Source: Longimicrobiales bacterium
Lineage (GTDB): Bacteria > Gemmatimonadota > Gemmatimonadetes > Longimicrobiales > Gaopeijiaceae
Reading direction: 5' to 3'
NCBI GenBank assembly: GCA_963664435.2
Contig: CAXXKM010000002.1
Coordinates: 384,001-448,000, forward strand
Length of the DNA stretch: 64,000 nt
Notes under the pieces: model-generated
Seen by the model: only the letters and a program-made list of their open reading frames with translations
Told to the model about the DNA's origin: nothing
Database searches by the model: none
Shown: piece after piece, positions 40,445 to 49,345 of the stretch
How positions within the stretch are numbered: the stretch's first letter is position 1
Layout: each line of letters opens with the position of its first letter
Program-made: the position numbers and the translations under genes

Positions 40445-40981
40445 TCACAGAGCTGATCCAGGATCCCAAATGATGCTCCCAACCTCTTCTTCCGGGTGAA
40501 TGACCACGACGGGGGACTTGGCTATCTCGCGCGAGCTTGTCGTATTGCCGGTGGCAAGCCATTCGCGAACGCAATCGCGGGGGAAGCCTCCCGCGCCGCA
40601 GGCAATCGATCGGCCGATTAGATCGACCCGACGTCCTCGCCAAGCATCGGCGGGGCGCCGACCAAACCGCGAGTGGCCGAAATCCCGCTTGCCGCGCCGG
40701 CGGTAGGGGAACGGCCGCTCCGGGGATTCCCGAAAGAAGGCCCAGACATCAAAGTCCTTGACTCCGCGATCCTGGTGGACGAAGTGCCCGGCAGCACCTT
40801 GGCAAAGGCAGACGAGCATCAGGCGATCCCGGTAGATACGGCCAGTCTCGGAACGTCGTTGGAAGAGGTCAGCAAGGTCACCGATAGCGATTTCGGCGAG
40901 CCTGTGAAGATGATGCGGCTCAATCGTTTCCCACGACCGCTCTGTCACGGTATTCGGGGTAGTTTGTTCGTGTTCGGTCAT
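40445..40981 (-). CDS. Nucleotidyltransferase-fold-like hypothetical protein
   Basis: GGAGG RBS; LCQGAA..GVKDFDVWAFF (DxD) and RRVDLIGR (third Asp) resemble the pol-beta NTase signature. Confidence 0.5.
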   Translation of the reverse strand: MTEHEQTTPNTVTERSWETIEPHHLHRLAEIAIGDLADLFQRRSETGRIYRDRLMLVCLCQGAAGHFVHQDRGVKDFDVWAFFRESPERPFPYRRRGKRDFGHSRFGRRPADAWRGRRVDLIGRSIACGAGGFPRDCVREWLATGNTTSSREIAKSPVVVIHPEEEVGSIIWDPGSAL

Positions 40982-41435
40982 GGATTCCTCCCAACATGCG
41001 AACGCAACTCACCTCAAAGTTCAAGTTAGCGCAGGCCGGGCAGGAGGCAATAGAGGTGAGGTCCGCGAGCCGGCGCAAGGTGCCTTGATCCGCCACTGTG
41101 CCTCCGACTGACGTTACACGGTTGGCAATCCTACTCGGTGCGCGATGGGTTCGTGATCTCATCATCGCAGTGAAGATTTCGGCCTTTCGGGACGGGCCAT
41201 GTCGGGCGGGCTCCTTGTGGCGCGCGGAACCGGGAACCGCATCAAGGCAGCGAGAAGAGCTCAGCCCCTCACGCCCACGACGGCGAGCGTGGCTACCACG
41301 TAGGCCATGATCGTGGCCTCGGCGCGGAAGCTGATCGCGCGCGCCGCATTGGTCATGACTTGACTGGCGGAAACCCCCCGTCCGCGCGAGCTTCCATGTA
41401 GGCAGATCGTGCAGTCCATCTTCGAAAGGAATCGA

Positions 41436-42599
41436 ATGATGGCACACACGAAACGAAGAAGTCGGCGCGGTTACAGCGCTGGCGAGTGGGGCCGGAACCG
41501 GGTCCGGGTGTTTCCGGATCCAAAGACCGGCCTCCTCCAGATCGAGTGGCGAGAGAACGGGCGCAGGCTCACCCGATCCCTCAAGCACCGCGACTGGGCA
41601 AGGGCCAAGCGGCAGGCGGACGAGTTCGCCGCCGGCGTCGCGATGCACGAGCCCGGCGGCAAGGCGGAGGCCGAGCCCGAGCCGCTCACCTTGGAGAAGC
41701 TCTTTGAAATCTACGGTGAGGAGGTGACGCCGACCAAGAGTCGGCGCTCCCGGAGCTACGACGGGACCGCGATGGAGATGTTCCTGGGATTCCTCGGGAA
41801 GGACCGGAGGCCCGGAACGCTTTCGCGGCGCGACTGGGACCGGTTCATCCGGGCGAGACGGAGAGGCGGGATCGGGCCGAGCGGAAAGCCCGTGTCCGAC
41901 CGGACGGTCGAACGGGACCTGAGGTTCCTGCTCGCGATCCTCAACTGGGCCGCCAAGTCGAGGGACCGTGAGGGACGGCTCCTGCTCCGGTCCAACCCGC
42001 TGAAGGGCCTCAGGGTCCCGAGGGAGAAGAACCCGAACCGGGTGCTGCTCACGCAGGCGGAGTACGAGGCCCTGATGGAGGTGGCGGAGGAGATGGACTG
42101 GCGCTTCCGCGTCGCGCTGGTCCTCGCGCACGAGACGGGTCACCGGATCGGCGCGATCCGCAAGCTCACGTGGTCTGACATTGACGTGAGTGCTGGCTTC
42201 ATTCGGTGGCGGGCCGAGCATGACAAGACCGGCAACGAGCACCGGACGCCGGTAACGGTTGAAGCGCTCTCGGTCTTGGATGAGGCCCGTGGACACAACC
42301 CCGGAATCGGGGACGTTCCGCTGCTGCCAGCGCCGAACGATCCATCGCGTTGCGTCCACCGCTGGCAGGTCAGCCGCTGGTGGGACAGGGCGGAACGGCT
42401 TGCCGCGCTGGAGCCGAAGCGGGGGCGCGGCTGGCACTCGCTGAGGCGGAAGTTTGCCAGCGACCTGATGGATCAGCCGCTCAAGGTGCTCTGCGAGCTG
42501 GGCGGCTGGACGACGGCCCAGACGGTGCTGCAATGCTACCAGCGGCCCGACGAGGGCAAGCTCAGGAAGGCCCTTGCGGGACGGAGGGCTTGCTCCTGA
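41436..42599 (+). CDS. Tyrosine recombinase/integrase, intact
   Basis: ETGHRIG (R), HDKT (K), HSLRR (HxxR), LGGW, QCY (Y); N-terminal arm-binding-like region; GAAAGGA RBS. Confidence 0.93.
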   Translation: MMAHTKRRSRRGYSAGEWGRNRVRVFPDPKTGLLQIEWRENGRRLTRSLKHRDWARAKRQADEFAAGVAMHEPGGKAEAEPEPLTLEKLFEIYGEEVTPTKSRRSRSYDGTAMEMFLGFLGKDRRPGTLSRRDWDRFIRARRRGGIGPSGKPVSDRTVERDLRFLLAILNWAAKSRDREGRLLLRSNPLKGLRVPREKNPNRVLLTQAEYEALMEVAEEMDWRFRVALVLAHETGHRIGAIRKLTWSDIDVSAGFIRWRAEHDKTGNEHRTPVTVEALSVLDEARGHNPGIGDVPLLPAPNDPSRCVHRWQVSRWWDRAERLAALEPKRGRGWHSLRRKFASDLMDQPLKVLCELGGWTTAQTVLQCYQRPDEGKLRKALAGRRACS

Positions 42600-42607
42600 C
42601 GCACTCA

Positions 42608-42703
42608 GCGGGAGTCAATCGGCGGGAGTTTTGGCCCGCATTCGCGTAAGTTCAACGAGGGCTTCGCAACCCGAAACCAAGGCAGTCTGCCAAAATGGCA
42701 GAG
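42608..42703 (+). repeat. Right-end att-like region: 2x GCGGGAGT, CGTAAGTTCAACGAGGGCTTC and the palindromic core
   Basis: Core at 42686-42702; the last 70 bp recur with few changes at 44953-45023. Confidence 0.8.
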
Positions 42704-42708
42704 TTACG

Positions 42709-43143
42709 ATGGTGATTCTCAACGGCCATGACGCGTTGAACGGCGGGTGCGGGCAGAAGCGGATGATCAGGTGGCCCCAGTCGCGGTCCATGATGTGGAA
42801 GGCGTAATGGTTCACCCACGGCCTCGGCACCCTGCGCTTGATCCGCCGGATCCGCCCGTCGGCCGTGTGTTCGACATCCCAGACGTTGCCCGGCGCCCGG
42901 CGCACGATGACCACGAACACGCCCTCATAGCTGGGGTCGTCGGGCAGGTAGCCCCTCCTCGTTCCGTTCTCCACTCTTGCTGTACACGACCGGTACGCCG
43001 GCACCCTTCGCCCAGCCCTTCACCCTGCGGGCAAAGCGCCCCGCCACCCGCATGAGCCGCGTGTTGTTCAGCCCCTCGTCCGATCCGTGCCAGCGCCGCC
43101 ACCACATCCGCAACCCCGCCGCTCGCTGACCGAGCTGGAAGTA
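42709..43143 (-). pseudogene. Remnant of an uncharacterised transposase-like family
   Basis: YFQLGQ..LRMWWRRWHGSDEGLNNTRLMRVAGRFARRV and PWVNHYAFHIMDRDWGHL..HPPFNA across a frameshift; family recalled from memory. Confidence 0.55.
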
Positions 43144-44303
43144 TTGAGTGTCCGGGCGATGCGGAACCCGATGCCGCTGAGCCGGTTCCCGGCGTGGGGC
43201 CTAGCGCGGAACGCCGAGCGGAGGTGGTCCGGAGAGCCGTTCCGGGAGCCGCCGCGCAACACACGTAGGGAACAGTCGCCCGACCGCCAGGCGCTCCCGT
43301 CCAGCGGTGCGCCCGCATAGCTGTCGTTCCAGCAATCCGCAGTCCATTCCCACACGTTCCCCAACACGTCATACAGCCCAAACGCGTTCGGCTGAAACGC
43401 CCCCACCGGAGATGTCACCTCGTAGCCATCCGAACAGGGAGCGGACTCGTTGCTTCCATTTGCGTACCGGCACTGCCCCGACTCGCTCTCCCCCCAGTAT
43501 CGCGCTGTCTCCGTCCCCGCCCGCGCCACGTACTCCCACTCCGCTTCGCTCAGCAGACGGTACCCCTGACCCGCCTCCCTCGACAGCCACTCCACGTACG
43601 CCTGCGCGTCCTCCCAACTCACGTTCACCACCGGCCGGTTCCCCCGGCCCCAGCCCTCGTCGTCCGGCTCATGGCCCCCGCACCCGCCACCCCTCACGCA
43701 CGCATCCCACTCCGCAAACGTCACCTCGTACGCTCCTACCGCAAACGGAGATCTGATCGTCACCAGGTGCTGCGGGCCCTCATCTGTCCCAGACTCGGAC
43801 TCCGGTGACCCCATCGTGAAGCTCCCCGAGGGGATTTCGACCATGATCGGGCAAGCCGTGCAGTCCCGAAACACTCGGCCCGGAGCTGCCGACTCCGCCG
43901 CCTGAGCCAGGAGTGGTTCCGTCTGATTGAGCAGCTCAAGCGCCTCCACGTAGTGCTCCCCTTCCCGTCCCGCCACCTCCAGGTAGCGCATGGCAGACGC
44001 TCTGGAATCCTCGGCGAATCCCGCCTCCATGGCGACGCGCGCATGACTGAACCAGAAGGGTGCCGGCAACTCCAGACCGTGCTGGGTCTGCAGGTCGATG
44101 ATGCGGTCCAAAGTCGCCAGCGCTACGATGAAGTCCTCTTCCTGCATCTGCTGCTCGGCCTGCAGCAGGAGACGGTCCGCCTCGATGGCAGGAGGCAGTT
44201 CCTGAGCAGCCAGTTGCAGCGGGCCCGCCCCCGCGGCAACGAACAGGAATCCGAGCAGCGGAATGCGGGTGGAGAGTCGCAGAGATCCAGGGAAGTAGCT
44301 CAT
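43068..44303 (-). CDS. SUMF1/FGE-sulfatase domain protein with signal peptide and TPR-like N-terminus
   Basis: FTMGS, EGPQH, PVVNVSWEDA, RLLSEAEWEYVARAG, NAFGLYDVLGNVWEW, RGGS, GFRIAR; the natural stop appears lost, so it reads into the transposase remnant. Confidence 0.9.
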   Translation of the reverse strand: MSYFPGSLRLSTRIPLLGFLFVAAGAGPLQLAAQELPPAIEADRLLLQAEQQMQEEDFIVALATLDRIIDLQTQHGLELPAPFWFSHARVAMEAGFAEDSRASAMRYLEVAGREGEHYVEALELLNQTEPLLAQAAESAAPGRVFRDCTACPIMVEIPSGSFTMGSPESESGTDEGPQHLVTIRSPFAVGAYEVTFAEWDACVRGGGCGGHEPDDEGWGRGNRPVVNVSWEDAQAYVEWLSREAGQGYRLLSEAEWEYVARAGTETARYWGESESGQCRYANGSNESAPCSDGYEVTSPVGAFQPNAFGLYDVLGNVWEWTADCWNDSYAGAPLDGSAWRSGDCSLRVLRGGSRNGSPDHLRSAFRARPHAGNRLSGIGFRIARTLNTSSSVSERRGCGCGGGAGTDRTRG

Positions 44304-44399
44304 GATTCTCGTCTCTGAAGTGGAAGGGCCGCGGCCCATCGGTGGTGCCCGTCGTTCTGCCGACCGCGATTCGGCGCGCCTGTGCTCATCGGGTCGTCT

Positions 44400-44615
44400 C
44401 TACGTCCCGTCCGGCCGACGCTGGCGCGGACGCGGAGTCCCCAAGGCCGGGATCCCTCGGAAGCGCACCCGCAAAACCTCAGCCAGGAAGGAGGTGAAGA
44501 AAGCAGCGTAGGACCTGACCTCGGTGAGGCCGATCGCGAGCGTGCTGATGCCTGCGGCGCTCCACGCCAGCTTCTTCTTCCGTTTCTCGGGGCGGGTATC
44601 GCGAATGATGTCCAA
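44400..44615 (-). pseudogene. Short orphan ORF, possibly the N-terminus of an efflux periplasmic adaptor
   Basis: MDIIRDTRPEKRKKKLAWSAAGISTLAIG (basic stretch + hydrophobic helix), then degenerates. Confidence 0.25.
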
Positions 44616-44912
44616 AATCCGGGTCCTCGATGTCTCATCACCTGTCAGCCCACGACCACCGTGGGCTTTCCCATCGCGCTTGTCTGCCAGCTTAGGGGAA
44701 AGGTTCGTGCCAAAGACACGTTTGACATACGTATTCCACCGTATTGCAATGAGTTAATAGCACTACCGGCGAATGAGCGCCCACGATGGCCATCGGTCGA
44801 TAATGGGACCACATGTGCCGATTACGAACAGGCGGGCGATGGTTCGCGCGACCCAGCTTCGGCCTAGTGCTACGCGTTTCCTGGGACTTCGCCCAGGAAA
44901 CGGGGCGCCTTC

Positions 44913-45023
44913 GGCAGGCGGAATACGAAGCCTTGCTGGAGGTGTCGGCGGTGCCCGCATTCACGTAATGCTCAACGAGGGCTTCACAACCCGCAACTAA
45001 GACAGTCTGCCAAGATGGCAGAC
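44913..45023 (+). mobile_element. Vestigial integrase fragment fused to a second copy of the element right end
   Basis: GCAGGCGGAATACGAAGCCTTGCTGGAGGTGTC matches integrase codons QAEYEALLEV, then the 70-bp end ending GTCTGCCAAGATGGCAGAC (45005-45023). Confidence 0.8.
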
Positions 45024-45084
45024 TCGAAGGCTCGCGCGGCGGTAGGGAGGTGTGGTGTTGGACTCTCGCGCCTGAGTGCCCCGT

Positions 45085-45756
45085 TTACCGCCGCGAAGCG
45101 CTGCAGTCGGTGAGGTTCACGCAGGTCACGTCGTAGAGTTGCCGCTGCCCCGGCGGCAGGGCCAGCACGCTCGCGGCCGCGACCGCGTCCCGGATGTCCA
45201 CCGGCTGCCCCGGCCGGAAGGTTATGGTGGCGCGCCAGCGCTGGGCCCCGCCGTCTCCGTAGGATTCGATCCTGGCGTCCGTAACCCACGGCACCTCTGA
45301 GAAGGCCCGGTTCAGGTCCCCCAGATCGGTGGCGCCCCGCGGTCCGGTCGCAAGCGGCAGCCACACCGTCTCCAGCGAGAACGGATGATTCTCGCGCCAG
45401 CGGTTTAGGGCCGCGTTCACCTGTTCGTGGTCCCTCCCCGTGTTGAGAAGATGCTGGGCGTAGGATTGGAGCAGCAGGTCGTTGTGCTTGACGTCCGCGG
45501 CGAGCGCCTCCTCAAGATGGTCCAGGAACGTCTCCTCGTCCCCCTGCTGCAGCGCCTGAACCGCCTCCAGGAATTCCGTATCCGGGTCTCCGGGGTTGAT
45601 CGCCGACACGACCTCCGTCATGTCGCCCCACTTCTCGTTCAGGAAGTCGACGGGCTCCTGGCCGCGCGATACCAGGTACTCCCGCGCACCCACGATCACG
45701 GCGATCGTGTAGATGCCGATCAGCATGCGGTAGCGCCGGTACCAGTCCGAAATCAC
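45085..45756 (-). CDS. Membrane-anchored hypothetical protein
   Basis: 223 aa, N-terminal TM, GGAGG RBS, host-like codon usage. Confidence 0.7.
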   Translation of the reverse strand: MISDWYRRYRMLIGIYTIAVIVGAREYLVSRGQEPVDFLNEKWGDMTEVVSAINPGDPDTEFLEAVQALQQGDEETFLDHLEEALAADVKHNDLLLQSYAQHLLNTGRDHEQVNAALNRWRENHPFSLETVWLPLATGPRGATDLGDLNRAFSEVPWVTDARIESYGDGGAQRWRATITFRPGQPVDIRDAVAAASVLALPPGQRQLYDVTCVNLTDCSASRR

Positions 45757-45831
45757 GTCCGCGTGTCCTCCATCACACCTTGTGGCCCCATCACGTCGGT
45801 CCTCGAGCGCCGCAGGATTCCCCGCCGGCCG

Positions 45832-46914
45832 CTAGAGCCCCCGCTGGGTCTGCTTGTCGCGCACCTTCCAGATGAACGAGTCCAGGTAGTAATGCATCAG
45901 CCCGTACGCGTAGACCATCATCTGCGAGAAGAGCGCGTATCCGCTGGAGTAGTCGAGGGCCGGAATCCCGAACTCGGGCAGAGCGGGATAGGGCGCGAAG
46001 TTCACCACCCCGAAGCCGAATTCGTCCAGGGGGCGGTTGATGACGAGCTGGAAAAGGACGGCGTAGGCCGCGCCGCCCACCAGGAACCAGCGCAGCCGGC
46101 CCGGCCCCGTGACCCTCGACCAGAAACCCGGCCTGGAACTCCTCTTGCTCGCCGTCCGGCGCATGTAGGAATACACCATGACGATGTACTGCACGCCATG
46201 CATGAGCCGGTGCGCGACCGCGTAGAGCAGGATCGAGGTGGTCTGCCAGGCCACGAAGTACCAGAGGAAGTAGCTGGCCCCGATGAAGAGGTACTTGATG
46301 GGGTTGATCGTCCCGCCCGCGGCCACGACCTGCCGGAGATGCAGCGCGTAGACGATCAGGTACCCGATCAGCACGATCTGGCTGACCTTCAGCAACCCGT
46401 CCACGAACCCCGCCGACACCGGGACGTGCATCCGGTGCAGCTCGCGGATCCAGAGGAAGCGGAACATGGGTGCGCTCACGAACATGAAGCCGTAGAGCAC
46501 GCAGTGGAGACCCAGGTCGAAGCGGCGCGTCGAAGGGAGTCCGGCGCCCGCCTTGAAGTCGTAGATGCGCGCGAGGCCGTGCTGTTGCATGAGGCTGTGC
46601 TGATGGTCCCAGGCGGTGACCAGCAGCAGCAGGGTGATGGGCGCGAACTGCAGCCCCAGGACGGTGAAGCCGACGATCACCACCGGTCCGGCGATGAGGC
46701 GGTTCCTGAAGCGATCCCAGATGTCGGGCATGCCGTAGGAGCGCACCCATCCGGCGTAGTGGTGGGGGATCGTGATCCAGAGGTTGATCGATGCCACCGC
46801 CACATAGGGAAGCCAGGCCTGGAAGCCCAGCGCCAGCGCGACGGCGAAGAAGGGCAGGCCGAGGAACCAGACGATGTCCGCTCGGCGATTCAGGATATAG
46901 CCCGTCTTGAACAT
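45832..46914 (-). CDS. Polytopic membrane protein with His boxes
   Basis: Multiple TM helices; PHHY, HQHSLMQQHG, HRLMHGVQY, MHYYLDSFIWK. Confidence 0.75.
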   Translation of the reverse strand: MFKTGYILNRRADIVWFLGLPFFAVALALGFQAWLPYVAVASINLWITIPHHYAGWVRSYGMPDIWDRFRNRLIAGPVVIVGFTVLGLQFAPITLLLLVTAWDHQHSLMQQHGLARIYDFKAGAGLPSTRRFDLGLHCVLYGFMFVSAPMFRFLWIRELHRMHVPVSAGFVDGLLKVSQIVLIGYLIVYALHLRQVVAAGGTINPIKYLFIGASYFLWYFVAWQTTSILLYAVAHRLMHGVQYIVMVYSYMRRTASKRSSRPGFWSRVTGPGRLRWFLVGGAAYAVLFQLVINRPLDEFGFGVVNFAPYPALPEFGIPALDYSSGYALFSQMMVYAYGLMHYYLDSFIWKVRDKQTQRGL

Positions 46915-47090
46915 GCCGCTGGAGATGCAGGTGATGCGTGCCGCGGGAGACCTCTTGCTCTCGCGGCTCCACAGGTGGACGGTAGGTACGGCGGCGCTTG
47001 GCGGGCAAGATCCTGCGGATGTCGCGGGACGTACCCTGTCCCCTTACTGCCATCGCCATACCCCGGCGGGAGAACCAGGGAGATCTGCTG

Positions 47091-47780
47091 ATGTGTGGTC
47101 GCTTCACCCGGAAAATGACGGCTCGGGAAGTCTACGACCTCTACGGTGTGACGGAGCCTGTGCCCTCGTCGGCGCATGAGCCCCGCTACAACGGTGCTCC
47201 GACGCAGGATTTCGCGGTGTGCCGTGCCGATGACGACGGCACCCGGCGCATCTCGGAGCTACGCTGGGGCCTCGTTCCCTCGTGGTGGAGGGACGCCGGA
47301 ATGGGGCCGCCGCTCATCAATGCGCGCGTGGAAACGGTTATCGAGAGGCGCATATTCTCCGACGCCTTCCGCGAGCGGCGCTGTCTCGTCCCGGCAAACG
47401 GCTGGTTCGAGTGGCAGGGACCGGCGCGTGCGAAGCAGCCCTGCTATCTGGCCCTCGCCGACGGATCGCCCCTGTCCTTCGCCGGCATCTGGGAGCGCTG
47501 GGAGACGCAGCGGGAAGTGATCGAGTCCTTCGCGATCCTCACGACGCGGGCTGTGGCCTCGCTCGCCGACATCCACCACCGCCAGCCCGCCATCGTGGCG
47601 CCGGAGTGGTTCTCGGAGTGGCTCGACCCCTCCACGGAAGCGCAGCGGCTTCTCGAGGAGGTGCGCAATCCCTGGCCCGGGCCCTACGAACGCCGGACCG
47701 TCAGCGCGCGCGTGAACAGTGTCCGGAACGACGACCCGGACATCCTGCGCCCGGTCGGAGAGCAGCTGCGGTTGATCTGA
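47091..47780 (+). CDS. SOS response-associated peptidase (SRAP/YedK-like)
   Basis: MCGRF start, LRWGLVP, INARVET, RCLVPANGWFEW, IHHRQP. Confidence 0.95.
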   Translation: MCGRFTRKMTAREVYDLYGVTEPVPSSAHEPRYNGAPTQDFAVCRADDDGTRRISELRWGLVPSWWRDAGMGPPLINARVETVIERRIFSDAFRERRCLVPANGWFEWQGPARAKQPCYLALADGSPLSFAGIWERWETQREVIESFAILTTRAVASLADIHHRQPAIVAPEWFSEWLDPSTEAQRLLEEVRNPWPGPYERRTVSARVNSVRNDDPDILRPVGEQLRLI

Positions 47781-47911
47781 CCGGGGGGCGGGCGGGCACG
47801 GCCCGCGGTTTTGCGCCATACTTCATTTCGTCGCGTCATCGATGGGCTCAACGCGATCGATGAGCTGGCGAGCGCTCTCGAACGTCCAACCCCTGCTTCG
47901 GGAATCCTGAC

Positions 47912-49345
47912 ATGATCCTGGGACGCCGAACATTCCTTTCCCGGCTCGCCTGCGCCGGGGGGCTCGCCGTCGTGGCGCCCTCGCTGTCCGGGCTGGCCGC
48001 GCGCGGCAGCGGACGCCGGGGTGAAGGAGTTGACCCCCGTTCGTTCGTCATCGAACCCTACGGGCCGCTGGTGCGGTCCCCCGACTGCCCGGAACTCGAG
48101 ATCGCAGAAAGCCTCCGCTGCGTGCGTCTGAGTTCGGGGGGCGTGCCGTCGACGGTGCGCGACGGGTTCCTGGTCCCCAATGCGTTCGACGGGATGGCGG
48201 CGTTCCCGATGGCGAACGGCAACGTGCGCCTTATCCGCAATCACGAGATGACCGACCCGCCCGACTCGGCGCGGCCGATCGGCTCGCCCGCCTATGATGC
48301 GGCCGGGAGCGGGGGCACCACTTCGCTCGAGGTGCGGATCTCGGGCGACGGAGATGGACTGAACCTCGAACTGGTGGACGAGTTCCCATCGCTGGCGGGG
48401 ACGCGCGTGAACTGTGCCGGCGGACCCACGCCGTGGGGCAGCTGGCTGTCCTGCGAGGAAGTCACGGATGGGCGTCGCGACGGGTTCGGCAAGCCGCATG
48501 GCTACGTCTTTGAGGTACCCGTGGATGCAACCGGCCCCGTGGATCCGGTGCCGCTCACGGCCATGGGGCGCTTCGTGCACGAAGCCGTGGCGGTCGATCC
48601 GGAGACGGGCATCGTGTACGAGACCGAGGACGCGTGGTACGTCCCGCTGGTCCCCAATCGACCCGGCGCGGGGCTCTATCGCTTCATCCCGCGCGAGCCG
48701 GGCGTGCTTGCCGCGGGGGGGCGGCTTCAGATGCTGGCGATCACCGGGGAGCCCGGCTACCTGACCGCACGTGAACAGACTCAGGGCACGGTGCTGCCCG
48801 CCCATTGGGTCGATATCGACGACCCCGACCCCGAAGACGCCGGGCGCGATCCGCTCGCGGTCTTCAAGCAGGGACTTGCGAAGGGTGGAGCCCGCTTCGC
48901 CCGCCTGGAGGGCGCCTTTTCCGGGGACGGCGGCATCTATGTGGTCTCCACCAACGGCGGCGACGCGACTGCCGGACAGGTTTTTCACTACAGGCCGGTG
49001 TCCGCAGACCGGGGCGAGCTGACGCTCGTGTTCGAGTCGCCATCGCCGGAAGTGCTGGACAGCCCGGACAACATCGTGGTCAGCCCGCGCGGGGGGCTGG
49101 TCATGTGCGAGGACGGGAGCGGCGACCAGTACGTGCGCGCGCTCGACCGGGAGGGCAGGATCGTCAACCTGGCGCGCGCGCCGCTGGGCCCGGAGGGCGA
49201 AGGGGCCGGCGAGTTCGCGGGTTCGTGCTTCAGCCCGGACGGGCGCGTGCTCTTCTTCAACCAGCAGGGAGACCGACGGGCGGGGGGCACGGTCGCCAGC
49301 GCCACCTACGCCATGTGGGGTCCCTGGGGAGACGGGCCCGTATGA
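47912..49345 (+). CDS. phoX: PhoX/DUF839 family alkaline phosphatase, Tat-exported
   Basis: RRTFL Tat motif; DGMAAF, RNHE, NCAGGPTPWGSWLSCEE, MGRFVHEA, PDN, CEDG. Confidence 0.9.
   Translation: MILGRRTFLSRLACAGGLAVVAPSLSGLAARGSGRRGEGVDPRSFVIEPYGPLVRSPDCPELEIAESLRCVRLSSGGVPSTVRDGFLVPNAFDGMAAFPMANGNVRLIRNHEMTDPPDSARPIGSPAYDAAGSGGTTSLEVRISGDGDGLNLELVDEFPSLAGTRVNCAGGPTPWGSWLSCEEVTDGRRDGFGKPHGYVFEVPVDATGPVDPVPLTAMGRFVHEAVAVDPETGIVYETEDAWYVPLVPNRPGAGLYRFIPREPGVLAAGGRLQMLAITGEPGYLTAREQTQGTVLPAHWVDIDDPDPEDAGRDPLAVFKQGLAKGGARFARLEGAFSGDGGIYVVSTNGGDATAGQVFHYRPVSADRGELTLVFESPSPEVLDSPDNIVVSPRGGLVMCEDGSGDQYVRALDREGRIVNLARAPLGPEGEGAGEFAGSCFSPDGRVLFFNQQGDRRAGGTVASATYAMWGPWGDGPV

Larger units (their letters stand above)
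26287..42703. mobile_element. Integrative element / genomic island bounded by a 20-bp direct repeat AGTCTGCCAAAATGGCAGAG
   Basis: Identical 20-mers at 26287-26306 and 42684-42703; intact tyrosine integrase ends about 85 bp before the right copy; CGTAAGTTCAA..AGGGCT and GCGGGAGT motifs inside both ends. Confidence 0.75.

Noticed and set aside
43140..43270. FGE/C-type-lectin C-terminus as a diversity-generating retroelement variable region
   Set aside because: No reverse transcriptase and no second near-identical template repeat seen in the window
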